Positions 37,308-48,800 of a stretch of 64,000 nucleotides of DNA are shown in pieces. Numbering within the stretch: the stretch's first letter is position 1; each line of letters opens with the position of its first letter. Below the pieces are notes generated by a model. The model did no database searches and was not told the DNA's origin. It was given only the letters and a program-made list of their open reading frames with translations. Location: IMG/VR virus record IMGVR_UViG_3300032006_002703, positions 32,001 through 96,000 of that record; one strand, written 5' to 3'. This stretch comes from a virus. A program made the position numbers and the translations under genes.

Positions 37308-39371
37308 ATGGGCAAGCGAAAATACATTAAAAAGTCTTCCTATTGGGACCAATTCTCCAGGGCAGACCAAGTAGAGATTCAGCCTTCTCCTAATCCAATT
37401 TTAACTGGAGATCCATACTTGGGAGATGGGACAGAATCTTTTGAGGTCCTTAAGGGTAGTTACTCTAGGACTGGGTCAAGAATTGTTGACGCTGCCAGAA
37501 AAAATAAAATACATAAATCAATTAAGAAGGAGAAGCATGGTAATATTGCTTCTGGCTTACTTCCTTATCAGGTTGGTGAAGATGGAGTTTCTGTACAGGA
37601 TGCTATCGAGCTCTGTCAAAAGGCTTATACAAATATAGCAGTGTTTCGCAATGCGGTTGACGTTATGTCTGAGTTCGCTAATTCTACATTATATTTAGAG
37701 GGTGGAGTTTCTAAGTCTGTCGATTTTATTTATAAATGGTTCGATAGGGTTAAAATGGGGAACCTTAAAGATCAATATTTTAGAGAATACTATAGGTCTG
37801 GCAATATATTTTTATATAGAATTGATGGTAAATTTGATCAAACAGCCTTTAAGGAAATGAGTAGGGTTTATGGCGAGGAGGGCTTAATGCAACCTGGGAC
37901 TTTGCCTGTTAAATATATAATGCTTAATCCTTTTGACATCTCTGCTAAGCGAGCTACTTCGTTTGCTGAGGGAGCATACTTCAAAGTCTTATCCGAATAC
38001 GATATCGAGGTCCTGGCGAATCCCAAGACTGATTACGATAAAGAAGTGTTAGAAGGTTTACCTCCAGAAATTAAAACAAAAATCAAAGAGGGTAATTATC
38101 AGCAAACTGGCTTGGAGTATCAGCTTGACCCTGCAAAATTGAGCTATTCTTTTTATAAGAAGCAGGATTATGAGCCGTTTGCCATTCCCTTTGGTTACCC
38201 AGTATTGGAGGATATTAATTTTAAAATCGAATTAAAGAAGATAGATCAGGCTATTTGTCGTACTATTGAAAATGTAATTCTTTTAATTACGATGGGAGCA
38301 AAACCTGATGACGGAGGTATAAATCCTAATAATATGGCAGCAATGCAGGAGCTTTTTAAAAATGAAAGCGTGGGGCGTGTGCTTGTCAGTGATTATACTA
38401 CCAATGCAGAGTTTGTTATTCCTGATTTAAATAAAGTTTTAGGATCTGAAAAATATAAAATTGTAGATCAGGATATTAAAGAGGGGCTTCAGAATATTAT
38501 CGTTGGGGATGAAAGGTATAGTAATACTCAGGTTAAGGCTCAAATATTTTTAGAAAGACTAAAGGAGGCAAGGAACGCATTTTTGACTGATTTCCTTCAG
38601 CCTCAAATCAAAATGATTTGTCAGAATCTTGGATTTAGGAAATATCCTATCGCAAAATTTGAAGAAATTGATATTAAGGATGAGGTTCAGCTTCAGAGGG
38701 TTGCGACCAGACTTTTAGAGCTGGGTATAATTACCCCCGAGCAAGGTATTAATGCAATTAAGACAGGAATCTATCCAAAGCCTGAGGAGCTCGCATCTTC
38801 CCAGGAGGAGTATTTAGTTAACCGAGAGCAGGGTTACTTTAATCCACTCGTAGGAGGAATGCCCACCGTTGAAGCTGCAGGTGCGGACGAAGAGCGAAAG
38901 CTTAAGGAAAAAATTTCAGAAAATACCCTAAATCAGCAGGCTGAAATGCGCCAACAGTCTCAAACTGGAACCCCTCCGAAGGAATCTGGTCGACCAACGG
39001 GTGCCACGGGACCGCAGGGGCAAGCTTCTAGCGTTATATCAACAGAAGATATAAAAAATATAATTTATAAGGCAGAAAATTTAAAGTCTTACGCAGTAAG
39101 TGTTATAAAAAAGGAAAAAAACAAAAAGAGAATCAGTAAGGCTCAATCAGAGATATTAGATGAGCTTTGCAAGTCGGTTATTGCGTCTAAGGTAGAGAAT
39201 GAATGGGAACAGGCTATAGAGTCATGCGTTCGGGACAATAATGAAATCGTTAAGCTTGTCCCCATGAAGGAAATCTTAGATATTTCGGAACGCGATTCAT
39301 TGGACCTGTACGCTGCGGCACTTTACTACCACAGTAGGAATCAGGAGAATGATAGCGAACGTAACAGTTAA
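37308..39371 (+). CDS. putative phage portal protein
   Basis: Portal-like organisation (AY..IAVFRNAVDVMSE; EYYRSGNIFLY; PFGYPVLEDI; QDIKEGL; acidic/Pro-rich tail). First gene of a structural block; GTGTA-N11-ATG. Confidence 0.65.
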   Translation: MGKRKYIKKSSYWDQFSRADQVEIQPSPNPILTGDPYLGDGTESFEVLKGSYSRTGSRIVDAARKNKIHKSIKKEKHGNIASGLLPYQVGEDGVSVQDAIELCQKAYTNIAVFRNAVDVMSEFANSTLYLEGGVSKSVDFIYKWFDRVKMGNLKDQYFREYYRSGNIFLYRIDGKFDQTAFKEMSRVYGEEGLMQPGTLPVKYIMLNPFDISAKRATSFAEGAYFKVLSEYDIEVLANPKTDYDKEVLEGLPPEIKTKIKEGNYQQTGLEYQLDPAKLSYSFYKKQDYEPFAIPFGYPVLEDINFKIELKKIDQAICRTIENVILLITMGAKPDDGGINPNNMAAMQELFKNESVGRVLVSDYTTNAEFVIPDLNKVLGSEKYKIVDQDIKEGLQNIIVGDERYSNTQVKAQIFLERLKEARNAFLTDFLQPQIKMICQNLGFRKYPIAKFEEIDIKDEVQLQRVATRLLELGIITPEQGINAIKTGIYPKPEELASSQEEYLVNREQGYFNPLVGGMPTVEAAGADEERKLKEKISENTLNQQAEMRQQSQTGTPPKESGRPTGATGPQGQASSVISTEDIKNIIYKAENLKSYAVSVIKKEKNKKRISKAQSEILDELCKSVIASKVENEWEQAIESCVRDNNEIVKLVPMKEILDISERDSLDLYAAALYYHSRNQENDSERNS

Positions 39372-40773
39372 TAGTAATTATACCACTCTGTTATCCGCTG
39401 GAGCGGGGGTTAGGTTGGCTAATGTTGGAATGTATTTTTGTAATCATGGAAATCAGCCTAACGTTATTAGTATTTATGCATTATCTAATAACTCTCAGCC
39501 GTCGAAATCTAATGTTTTAGCGTATAACGTGGCTGTCGCTCCTAGTGAAACCTTTTATTTTGGACAGGAGAAGTTTATATTGGATGAAGGTGAAAGGCTC
39601 GTTGCAAAGACTGGAATGAGTACAATGACATCCACCTTAACCTTCATGAGCATTGGTTCTAGCGATTATTCCAGCAATGCTAAGGGAACTGCAACGCTTG
39701 ATGGTGATGGTGTTGGCGCTGTTGTAGTTACTGCTCCAGGAGCTGGGTATACATCCCCGCCAACCATCACTTTCACTGGTTGTCAGGGTCAAAACGCGAC
39801 CGCAACGGTAACGTTAACTGATAGTGGTCAAGTTCACGAAGTTGTAATTACAAATCCAGGAACTGGCTATATTTGTCCTCCTGTAGTTGAGCTTCAGGGT
39901 GGAAATGATCCAGTGGTAGAGGGTTGTACTGATTCCGCTGCAACAAATTACAATCACTTGGCCACGGTAGATGATGGATCTTGTACTTATCCAGCTGCAG
40001 TAACCAGGCAGGCGAATATTGTTAATTGGTGGAAATTTGATGAAAGCTCTGGTTCGAATGCTGCGGACTCAGTTGGGGCAGTTACTGCGGAAATTAAAAA
40101 TCCAGGAGCAGACGACGATCAATGGGTTGCGGGAAAGAAAAATAATTCCTTACATTTAAATGGCCTCGGAGATGCAAATAACTTAGGTGTGGGTAATTAC
40201 ATGGATATAGGAGCAAGCAACAGCTCTTTTAAATTTGAGCAAAAGCCTTTCTCCATAAGTCTTTGGCTTAAGAGTGAAGCAGATTCCTCATGGAATGGTA
40301 ATTCAGCTATAATGGCTACTAAAAAATATTTTCAGCCAGACGACACTCAGGGAAATTTTATATTAGGCGCTCGGGAGGGGGCATCAAGCCCGCGAATAGG
40401 TTTCTTTATGTACAACAGCAATACCATTGGCACTCAGTATGGGGCGGATTTTGCTCATACTGATGGCGGCGGGAATCGTATTAATATTTTTGATGGAGGG
40501 TGGCATCACCTTTCTGTTACTAGTAGCGGAGGTGCGCTTCGAATATATCTTGACGGCATTCTTGGTACTGGAATAAATCATAGCGCACCTGGGGGGGAGA
40601 CTTTCTTTAATTATGATTACCCTATTAATGATGGATTTGATAGTGGAATTTATTTTGGTTTTGTTGAATGGCACTGGTATAAGTGGGATGGATTAATGGA
40701 TGATATAAGAATTTACGATATTCAACTTTCCGATTCCGAGGTTCAAAATATTTCAACGGGGGATTGGGGGTAA
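39349..40773 (+). CDS. virion protein with LamG/concanavalin-A-like domain
   Basis: GAGYTSPPTITF repeats; GCTDSAATNYNHLATVDDGSC; WWKFDE...FSISLW...WHHL...YLDG...GLMDDIRIYD. Confidence 0.75.
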   Translation: MIANVTVNSNYTTLLSAGAGVRLANVGMYFCNHGNQPNVISIYALSNNSQPSKSNVLAYNVAVAPSETFYFGQEKFILDEGERLVAKTGMSTMTSTLTFMSIGSSDYSSNAKGTATLDGDGVGAVVVTAPGAGYTSPPTITFTGCQGQNATATVTLTDSGQVHEVVITNPGTGYICPPVVELQGGNDPVVEGCTDSAATNYNHLATVDDGSCTYPAAVTRQANIVNWWKFDESSGSNAADSVGAVTAEIKNPGADDDQWVAGKKNNSLHLNGLGDANNLGVGNYMDIGASNSSFKFEQKPFSISLWLKSEADSSWNGNSAIMATKKYFQPDDTQGNFILGAREGASSPRIGFFMYNSNTIGTQYGADFAHTDGGGNRINIFDGGWHHLSVTSSGGALRIYLDGILGTGINHSAPGGETFFNYDYPINDGFDSGIYFGFVEWHWYKWDGLMDDIRIYDIQLSDSEVQNISTGDWG

Positions 40774-42935
40774 TGCCAGATTTTATTAACCAGTTTGGAG
40801 ATGTTTCTCATACCTATATTTCTGGGGATACTTTTGTTCGCACGAATAACGATCAGGTCATATTTGGAGAAAAGACTTTTATTAGTGACGTTTATATTTC
40901 TGGTGACTTGATTGTGTCTGGGGAAACTAGAACTCAAAGCATTGTTGACCTTGACGTTACGGGTGATATTAGTGGTTATATTTTTAGGGGAAGGACTGGA
41001 TATTTTGATACAATAGTAACCGAAGGTCTTCAAGGGCCTGGAGGGGGTAAGATTGCTGGAGGAGGAGGTATCGATGGAGGGCCAATTTTTATAGATAATG
41101 TGACCGCATCTGTTGGAAGTATTAATATCGAATCTCGCGATGATCAAAATTTTATTACTGATATTTCTACTGCGGAAAACAGTTTTAAGGTTGACCTTAT
41201 GGTGGAAAGAGGGGACTCTCAATTATATAGGCCAACTGGAGTTTTATATTATCAAACTGGACAAGCTGGGGAAACTCCTAATGAAGATAATCCAGTTTAC
41301 GTTGACCCTATGTCTTTACAGCAAGATTCTAACGGCTACTCGTGGAATAAGCAAGTTACTCTCTCAATTAATGATAGCTTAATTGATGCAAGCAAAAGGG
41401 TTTACTACGTCTTTAAGAATGGGGAACGCTCAACCGAATTAAGCGCAAAACTTGAAACTGCTCCAGAGGTTACTGCTGCTGAATTTATCCAGCAAGATGG
41501 TGTGTCTATATACCCCGCCTATAGTGCAAGCTTTACGGATCAAGCAGGGGTTCAGCATTCTGCTAATGCTGGGGCTGGCCAAATTACTCATCAAACCAAA
41601 GTAAGGAATGGGAATACTGTAAAGATTAAAGTTGCCGCAGATAAGGACTTTGAGCAAATTCAATTAGGAGGAGGGCTTAGTGGAATAATTAGTGTTACAA
41701 CTTTAGAGTCTGGCGGTAGTTATAGTTGCGAAGTTGACAGAACCATTTCAGTAGGTAATACCTCCGACCAAAATAAATCCTTTACCGTCAAGGTGAAAGA
41801 TGATAAGGGTAATTGGTCTGATGTTAAAGCTAGTACAGATTTTTCCCCAGGGACTTCTGGAGGGTCCGCAACTATAGTATCAAATAACTACAGCCCTACA
41901 ATGAGCATTAGCTCTCCAAATTACGACAACGGAAATCCCGCCATACAGCAGGGAGCTCAAACTGATCCGTTTACTTATAATCTTACTTATTCTGGCCCTG
42001 CAGAAGTTTATTGGAAGGTTGAATTTTTGAGTTTTGTTGGCACAGATGGAAACAGTGGAGAGGCTGTATTATGGGATTGGAATGTGCCCAGTGGAGCGAA
42101 TGATCAAAGCGGGAACACTCCAACTACTGCTCAACCTGCCTCAGGCTCTGTACAGTTCATGGATGGATCTGATATAATGTCTGAGGAGGAAGCCTCAAAG
42201 CAACCATTTAGGGTTAAACTTTTTTATAAACCCACGGGCAAAGAGAGTTCGTGGATTAATGCGCCTTCTGTTTTTCTTCAACAGTATATGAAGATTCCAA
42301 CGTTAACCGTTGGCAATAAAACTATTCGGGCTGGTGATGACAATGGAAATAATGAGAATATTAGTATAAATTCTTCTTCTCAATTAAGTGGGGGCCTAGA
42401 GGATGAAGGGGTTCCTGCGGCTGATTCAAGTGGCAATACTAGCTTTGTGTCTATGGGACCAACTTCAGTAACCATTTATAACGGCGCAAGCCCTGGAGCT
42501 TTTCAAAGTTACCCAACGTATAAAATAACGAAGGTTTCTGGGGAAGAGATGTTCGCAGTTCCGATTCAGCAGGGACAAATAACCGTAAAAGGTTTTACAA
42601 CTAAAGTAATTACGACCGATCAAAATGGGGTTGTAAATGCAGCGGGCGTACTAATTAAAGGTGATAATGACTCCTATGCTACTACTGTCGAAAACGTCAA
42701 CAAGATTAAAAGCAAAACTGGAACCTCTCAGGCTATTACTGTTAAGGTTGGGACTGGCGATGAGGGTAATATTCCATATAATTCAAACATTACCGAGGTA
42801 GGAGAGGCGGATGCCTCCAGCTCTGCTGAGTTTAATTTGAATCATGATAAAAGTCGTATATGGTTTGATAGTCAGTTTCTTGCGCAAGTGGGACAGGGTG
42901 CGACAGTAATAATTCACATACAGGAGGCGGTGTAG
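40764..42935 (+). CDS. putative tail/baseplate structural protein (Ig-like, beta-rich)
   Basis: G/S/T-rich sequence; DQVIFGEKTF fibre-like motif; paralogous to the next gene. Confidence 0.55.
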   Translation: MGVMPDFINQFGDVSHTYISGDTFVRTNNDQVIFGEKTFISDVYISGDLIVSGETRTQSIVDLDVTGDISGYIFRGRTGYFDTIVTEGLQGPGGGKIAGGGGIDGGPIFIDNVTASVGSINIESRDDQNFITDISTAENSFKVDLMVERGDSQLYRPTGVLYYQTGQAGETPNEDNPVYVDPMSLQQDSNGYSWNKQVTLSINDSLIDASKRVYYVFKNGERSTELSAKLETAPEVTAAEFIQQDGVSIYPAYSASFTDQAGVQHSANAGAGQITHQTKVRNGNTVKIKVAADKDFEQIQLGGGLSGIISVTTLESGGSYSCEVDRTISVGNTSDQNKSFTVKVKDDKGNWSDVKASTDFSPGTSGGSATIVSNNYSPTMSISSPNYDNGNPAIQQGAQTDPFTYNLTYSGPAEVYWKVEFLSFVGTDGNSGEAVLWDWNVPSGANDQSGNTPTTAQPASGSVQFMDGSDIMSEEEASKQPFRVKLFYKPTGKESSWINAPSVFLQQYMKIPTLTVGNKTIRAGDDNGNNENISINSSSQLSGGLEDEGVPAADSSGNTSFVSMGPTSVTIYNGASPGAFQSYPTYKITKVSGEEMFAVPIQQGQITVKGFTTKVITTDQNGVVNAAGVLIKGDNDSYATTVENVNKIKSKTGTSQAITVKVGTGDEGNIPYNSNITEVGEADASSSAEFNLNHDKSRIWFDSQFLAQVGQGATVIIHIQEAV

Positions 42936-42936
42936 T

Positions 42937-44997
42937 ATGAGCTTTAGTTTAAATGATGCCAAGAGCCAACTCGGGAATGTCTTAACTGTTCTTCCGTCTA
43001 AATTGTCAAGGTTTGAGGTTGCTGATGATTATGATTTTAATTCAGAAGTTCCTTTGCAAGAAAATCTTTTTGCAATTAGTTCTGCAGGCTTAAGTTATGT
43101 CTCAATTAAAGATGATGCTGATAATTTGATTTGGCAGTCTGTTGGTGGGGGTGGCGGCGGAGGCTTCTCCGAAGACTCTCCGAAGGGAGGCCCTATATTC
43201 GTTACAGGCCTTTATTCTAGCGCTGGAGCCGTAAGTATGGAGGGCGACCTGCAATACGGGGCGGTTTGGACTGGTGCATCTACGCCAGAAGATTCGGTTA
43301 CCGTTAACCTTTTGGTTGAACGTGGGGATTCTCAAAATTATAAACCTACTGGAGTTTACTATTATCAAACTGGACAAGCGAGCGAAACTCCTAACGAAGC
43401 TGCGCCAGTTTATATTTCTGCAGATAATTTAACTCTTGATCAAAATGATTACTCTTGGAAAACAGAGGTGGATATCTCAACCTTAGACTCTTTAATGTAT
43501 GACGATGGGGATAGTTTATCTACATATTATTTGTTTTTTAACGGAGAAAGGAGTACTGAAATATCTATTAAGCGCTCCGCTTTACCAGAAGTTGAGGATG
43601 CTATTTTTGAAATTCAGGATGGTAGCTATGGGGATTGTGGCAGCGGTAATGAATATCCTTTTATGGGTTCTCACTTAGGTGGATTCATTACCCCTGGGAA
43701 TACTACTGGGTTTGATATGCATACTCAAACCGCAGTGAAAAATGGAGATGAAGTCTTAATCAAGGTAACCTCTGATAAGCCTCTTTCGTCTGTGATATTT
43801 AAGAATGATGCTGGGATTATTCGTTCTTTGGAGTCTCTAGAAGCAACCTGGTATGGGCCATCTGTGGATAATGGAGGTTCATGGGATACTCATTTTTTAG
43901 TTAATATTACTAATGCGGACGCTATTGCGTCTGATCAAACGTTTCAAATTAAGATTAAAGATCTTCAGGGGAATGTTTCTGAGGATTGGTTTGAATCAAC
44001 TAATGGATTAAATACTGATAATACTTCCCCCTCTTTTTCTGTTGGAAATCCAGCGTATTCTCATGGCGGCCTTGCTATAGGACCAGGGGATGGCGTCGCG
44101 GAATATAATGTAGCTGGAAACTTTGGAGGTACAGACTATTTCCAGTTTGATTTGCAATATAGTGACATTGTTCTGGATGTGAGTCATGCTTGGGATGATA
44201 GTAACTTATTAAATGATGGGCAGAAAATAAAGGTTAAAGCTTCAAGTGGGCCAAGTTCCGCCGAGCAAACTCTTTCACCGTTCTCTTTGAAGGTTTTAAG
44301 ATCAACCAATGGAGCTTTCGTCGAATATAACTCGGTCCCTTCCCTTATAGTTCAGGATGGAAACGATCCAGTTTTAACTTTAAATGTTGATGCTGTCAGA
44401 TCTGGGCCAGGCGATGGCCATGAAGATGAAATCATTGTGACTTCAAACGTTTCTTTAAGTAGTCTTGATTTATTTGCAGATCAGGATCCGTTTGGTGACG
44501 GAACTGTAATCACATCCCCTGGGGCTAGTTCGGCGGTTCAGGTTGATGCAAAAAATTGGAAAATTAAAGTCAAATCTCTGGACTCTGCGGCAAGAGAAAC
44601 TCCTTTTGATATCATTCTTACTACCACAAAATACTCTTCACAAGGTTCTCCAATAACAGTTAGTAGTCAGGTTCGTGGGTTCGTTCAAAGGGAAATATCT
44701 AAAAATGGCGTAGAGGCTCTTTCGGAAATTCCAATTGGCACTGTTGTGGTGAACCCTGCAAAAATTAAAAGCAAGAGTGGGTTGATGGAAAATTTAACCC
44801 TTAAGGTTAATTCTGGAAACGAGGCTAATGTGCCTTTTAACTCCGAAGTGTCTTCTTCTAGTCTTGGGGGTGGAGTGGGCGCAGAGTTCGGACTCTCGGC
44901 GGATTCTTCATCTATAATTTTAGATTCAGATGCGAGGGCTCAATGGTCCCCTCAGGACTCTACCACCGTATACATAACATTGGAGGAGCTTATATAA
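42937..44997 (+). CDS. putative tail/baseplate structural protein (paralog of the upstream gene)
   Basis: Shares GGPIF, VERGDSQxYxPTGVxYYQTGQAxETPNE, NGERSTE and KIKSK with 40764-42935. Confidence 0.55.
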   Translation: MSFSLNDAKSQLGNVLTVLPSKLSRFEVADDYDFNSEVPLQENLFAISSAGLSYVSIKDDADNLIWQSVGGGGGGGFSEDSPKGGPIFVTGLYSSAGAVSMEGDLQYGAVWTGASTPEDSVTVNLLVERGDSQNYKPTGVYYYQTGQASETPNEAAPVYISADNLTLDQNDYSWKTEVDISTLDSLMYDDGDSLSTYYLFFNGERSTEISIKRSALPEVEDAIFEIQDGSYGDCGSGNEYPFMGSHLGGFITPGNTTGFDMHTQTAVKNGDEVLIKVTSDKPLSSVIFKNDAGIIRSLESLEATWYGPSVDNGGSWDTHFLVNITNADAIASDQTFQIKIKDLQGNVSEDWFESTNGLNTDNTSPSFSVGNPAYSHGGLAIGPGDGVAEYNVAGNFGGTDYFQFDLQYSDIVLDVSHAWDDSNLLNDGQKIKVKASSGPSSAEQTLSPFSLKVLRSTNGAFVEYNSVPSLIVQDGNDPVLTLNVDAVRSGPGDGHEDEIIVTSNVSLSSLDLFADQDPFGDGTVITSPGASSAVQVDAKNWKIKVKSLDSAARETPFDIILTTTKYSSQGSPITVSSQVRGFVQREISKNGVEALSEIPIGTVVVNPAKIKSKSGLMENLTLKVNSGNEANVPFNSEVSSSSLGGGVGAEFGLSADSSSIILDSDARAQWSPQDSTTVYITLEELI

Positions 44998-44998
44998 G

Positions 44999-45877
44999 AT
45001 GAGTACTGACTCTGACGCAAGGGCTCAATTAGGAAACGTATTAAGCGTTCTTCCGCAGAAGCTTCATAAGATAGAATTCGATGCATCTTATGATTTCGCC
45101 TCAGAAATTCCCGTTTCTAAAAATATGCTTTCCCTTGATTCCCTTGGGGTCGCCTGGATTTCGGAAGATAATCCTAATGCAATTAACGATGGCAACCTTT
45201 ATTTGTGGAAGAAAATTGGCGGGTCCTCTGTTGTTGGCGACGGGGGCGGAGCTGGTGGCGGAGGTGGATTAACCTTAAGCGGGGTCGGCGACGGCGTTGG
45301 TTCGGGAGTCGGGTATATTGATTCTCTATTTTTGGATATTGAAACCGATCCTAATGGACTGGAGCTTGTTAAGCCCCCAGGAAAAAATCCCACAGTTAAA
45401 CTTTCAGATCAACTCGCCCAAGCCTCAAATGAGTTGGTTATTATGTGGACTATTCCTGAAGGTTTCAGGAAAGGCTTAGTTCCATTTCCCGACACTTTTA
45501 ATGTTCCCGCGAATACGACGCCGACAGTATTTACTCAACTTATTGCAAGTGGCAATCCTACTCCCAGTTATGCAACTACAGTTTCTAATGTCACTTCTAG
45601 TGGTTTTGAGCTGGAATTGAGCGCTCAGGTTAATGAGCCTCATCAGTCGATGAATATATTAATTAAAACTAATGAGCCCGTGGAGATGGTGGGTATACCT
45701 GAGCTTCCAGTTGGTTGGGATTGGTTCGTTTTTGATACTGAGGCGGAGATTTTGGGCCTTTACCAGCTTAACCAATTAATTGTTAATAGTATTTATTACG
45801 CAAAGGACACTAATCGTATGTATATTTTATCCTCAGAAACTAATGAATTAGTGTACTATCAAGGGAGCCCTGTATAA
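44999..45877 (+). CDS. putative tail-fibre-associated protein
   Basis: N-terminus is paralogous to the 42937 gene (DAxxQLGNVLxVLPxKL); NVTSSGFEL module. Confidence 0.5.
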   Translation: MSTDSDARAQLGNVLSVLPQKLHKIEFDASYDFASEIPVSKNMLSLDSLGVAWISEDNPNAINDGNLYLWKKIGGSSVVGDGGGAGGGGGLTLSGVGDGVGSGVGYIDSLFLDIETDPNGLELVKPPGKNPTVKLSDQLAQASNELVIMWTIPEGFRKGLVPFPDTFNVPANTTPTVFTQLIASGNPTPSYATTVSNVTSSGFELELSAQVNEPHQSMNILIKTNEPVEMVGIPELPVGWDWFVFDTEAEILGLYQLNQLIVNSIYYAKDTNRMYILSSETNELVYYQGSPV

Positions 45878-45879
45878 AA

Positions 45880-48800
45880 ATGTCGTTAATTAATTTAGAT
45901 GCCCTAGAGATTGAGAACGCCGCTTCTATTGTGGGTAATGATCCGTCATCTCCCATTAATCCAGGTCAAGCAGGAAGAATTGCTTTTGCTAAGGATACTA
46001 ACGTGTTATATTTTGCAGAGGATGAAACTACATGGATAAAGTTTTTACCTCAAGAGGCGACCGTGGGTGGAGTAGGTTCTACTCCAACGGCGCCCGTCGG
46101 GAGCGATGTTGATGATGACGGGCTGGCTCAACTAGCTACTGGTACTGGGTTTTTAAATGGATATTACACTATGGATGCCGAGAGGAAGGAGATTGGTATT
46201 TATTATAGCGGCACTTTTGATAACCCTATAGATCCGAGAGTTTTTATTTTTGAGACGGAGGCATCTTATGAAAGTATTCTTCAGGAGAATATTTTAGGCC
46301 CTGCGGAAACCTTAACTTATGCTGGCCAAGTATTTAGCGCTCCAGATTATTGTTGGGACCCTGAGTGGTTTGCGACTGCAGTAGATCAAATCCAGAACAT
46401 TACCCTTGACTCAATTACTGAAGGCGACGAGGTTTCTCTTTCCGTTAATGGTCAGACTACCACCATAACTACAAGCGGAGATGATGATTCAGATTTTGCG
46501 GTGCAATTGAAGGTTATTCTTCAAAACAATCATTCGAATTTTTCTTGGAGTGTTAATGGTTCAACCGTCTCCATATCCGCTCCAATTGGGTCTGTTATTC
46601 TTACTGAAGGCTCTTCCAGTGGGACTGGTTCCGTAACTTTCACTGAAATTCAAGCTGGCCATGCCGCAGCACCTATGCTAGAAGATAATAGCATGATAAT
46701 GTTTAAGAATTTCAAGGATCGTGCTGGCAAAAATACCGTGATTGCTCCGAAGTATCCATATAGCTACTATGCGAGCCACCCCCTTTATAGGGCTGAAAAC
46801 TATGACATATATAATGATGGCTCTTTAATTGAATCTAGGATTACTGGATGGTCGGGAAGTTACGTGACTTCACGAGCTTTGGACAAGCAGAAATCATGGT
46901 TAAATCAGGGGAGAACTGGGGTGACTCCTAGAATCAAAAAAAATAAAATCACCGTAGGTGGTCAACTTTTTTATCATACTGGTATAGAGTTCGGGTGGAC
47001 TGGCATGAGTGGCGACGCATTGGGGAATCGAGAGCATTGGAACTATTCGGCGAAGCAATACGGTCAGGTCGATGGCAACTTTAGGAGTACCGATAAATAT
47101 GTACATGGGCGGCAATCGGGAATGAATATACCTAAAAAATCTAATCTTTTTTATACCACCGATAAAGGGGACGACGCTTTCGCGGCACTGGATTTTTCCA
47201 ATACTAAAGTTAACCCCATTTACTATAATCATGTAGTCTTAGGTTTTGGGGGCGCAAGTCAAAGTTCAAAGATTCATGGTAAGCCAAGGAGAAGCTATGA
47301 GAATAGGCACCACGCCATTATAGGCAATTCTCAAATGTTAGGTTTTGGCGGCAATGGCAATGATGGGCAAGGTGGGAATTCCGTGGTGGCCAGCTATGGA
47401 CCTCAGGGGATTTTGATTCATAACTATGGCTACAAGACTTCGTCTGATAAAAATTATGACTCACTTTGGCTTAGTCCAGCGGGGGGCTTTTTCTCTAATA
47501 GAGTAACTGGATATAATACATATTATGAAGCGTATGGTCATAGTCAGGACGCGCCGTGGGGAGGAGGTATGGACGATCCTTTTGATTGGATGTGGAGTGA
47601 TATGGCCTATAACTCTTATTATACTGGGCTAGGTTATAGTGGTATAGGTAGGCGACACATTTTACCGTGGACGTTCAATACTGGCGCCGTGGACTTACCT
47701 GCAACCGAGGATAGTGCGCATTGGCTTTCTAATGACTTTGCAGGCCCAACGGATTTGAGTGATCATTCACATAGAATGCAATTTAAGAATCATTATACAA
47801 CTGGCTTGCTTCCATATTCATATGGCACCACTGCTCAAAATAGATCCCCAGACTACTATGGCAAGCTGGAGGAAAATGTTGATGTAACCATGCCTACCAC
47901 AAATGAAGTGGTTACGTTTGAAAAATATCCTGTTATAAAAAATGGCTACTATTTTTGGAATGGCTCACAGGCTGGGGATTATAGGACGAACGACCCTGAT
48001 AACGATGGGGGAGATTGGGGTAATCCCAATAACGGAACCACACAGGGTGGTTATTATTACTATATAAAGCAAAGATTACCAGGGCCAGGCGCTCCATCAA
48101 CAAGTTCTCAGTATCCTTTTAATTATATAAATAAATCCAGACAGTGGCCATATAATATGTGCACCCTAAAGGATGGCGCCTTTAGTGTCCCTCCTAAAGA
48201 AACTATTCAGGGGATTAAGGATGGAAAATGGTCTTGGGGCCCTGAGGATGAAGTTACTTTTGAGTTTATTTATAAAGCTACCCCTATAAAGCCTAATTAT
48301 GGAGATAACTATTGGGAGTGGACGCAAAATAATTCTTCATATAATAGTGCAGGATTTAATAACACTTACAATTATGCCGCCGCCCAGCAAGAGGGAACGG
48401 ATCATCCCAACAGCTTTGAGAATATGGTCTTAAATGACATACATCCTGGCAACTACGCAAATGTTCAGGGTTCTTTTATAAATTTAGGCGGGCACCAATC
48501 TTACTATTGGTTAACTATTGGGGTTTGTGCTGGTAGATTAACGGTAGTAAATCAAAGGCCAGGGAAGCAGTCTAGAGCTGGTGAATATCCAGCAAGTCAC
48601 CCGTTTTTAATGGGAGAAACCTTGCTTGAGAATAATAAATGGTATCACTTTGCAGTAGTTAAGCATAAGGCTTCTGAAAAAAATAGACTAGAGCTTTACG
48701 TTAATGGAAAACTTGACGGATGCGCCTCACTGGTCGCTGACGTTTCTCAGCATGGCTCTAATTATAATGGTGGAACTTATTATACTGATACAAGTGTTGT

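Noticed and set aside
42930-42934. GTGTA just before the 42937 start
   Set aside because: It is only 2 nt from the ATG and arises from Val-stop codons (GTG TAG); the spacing does not fit the 9-13 nt pattern.
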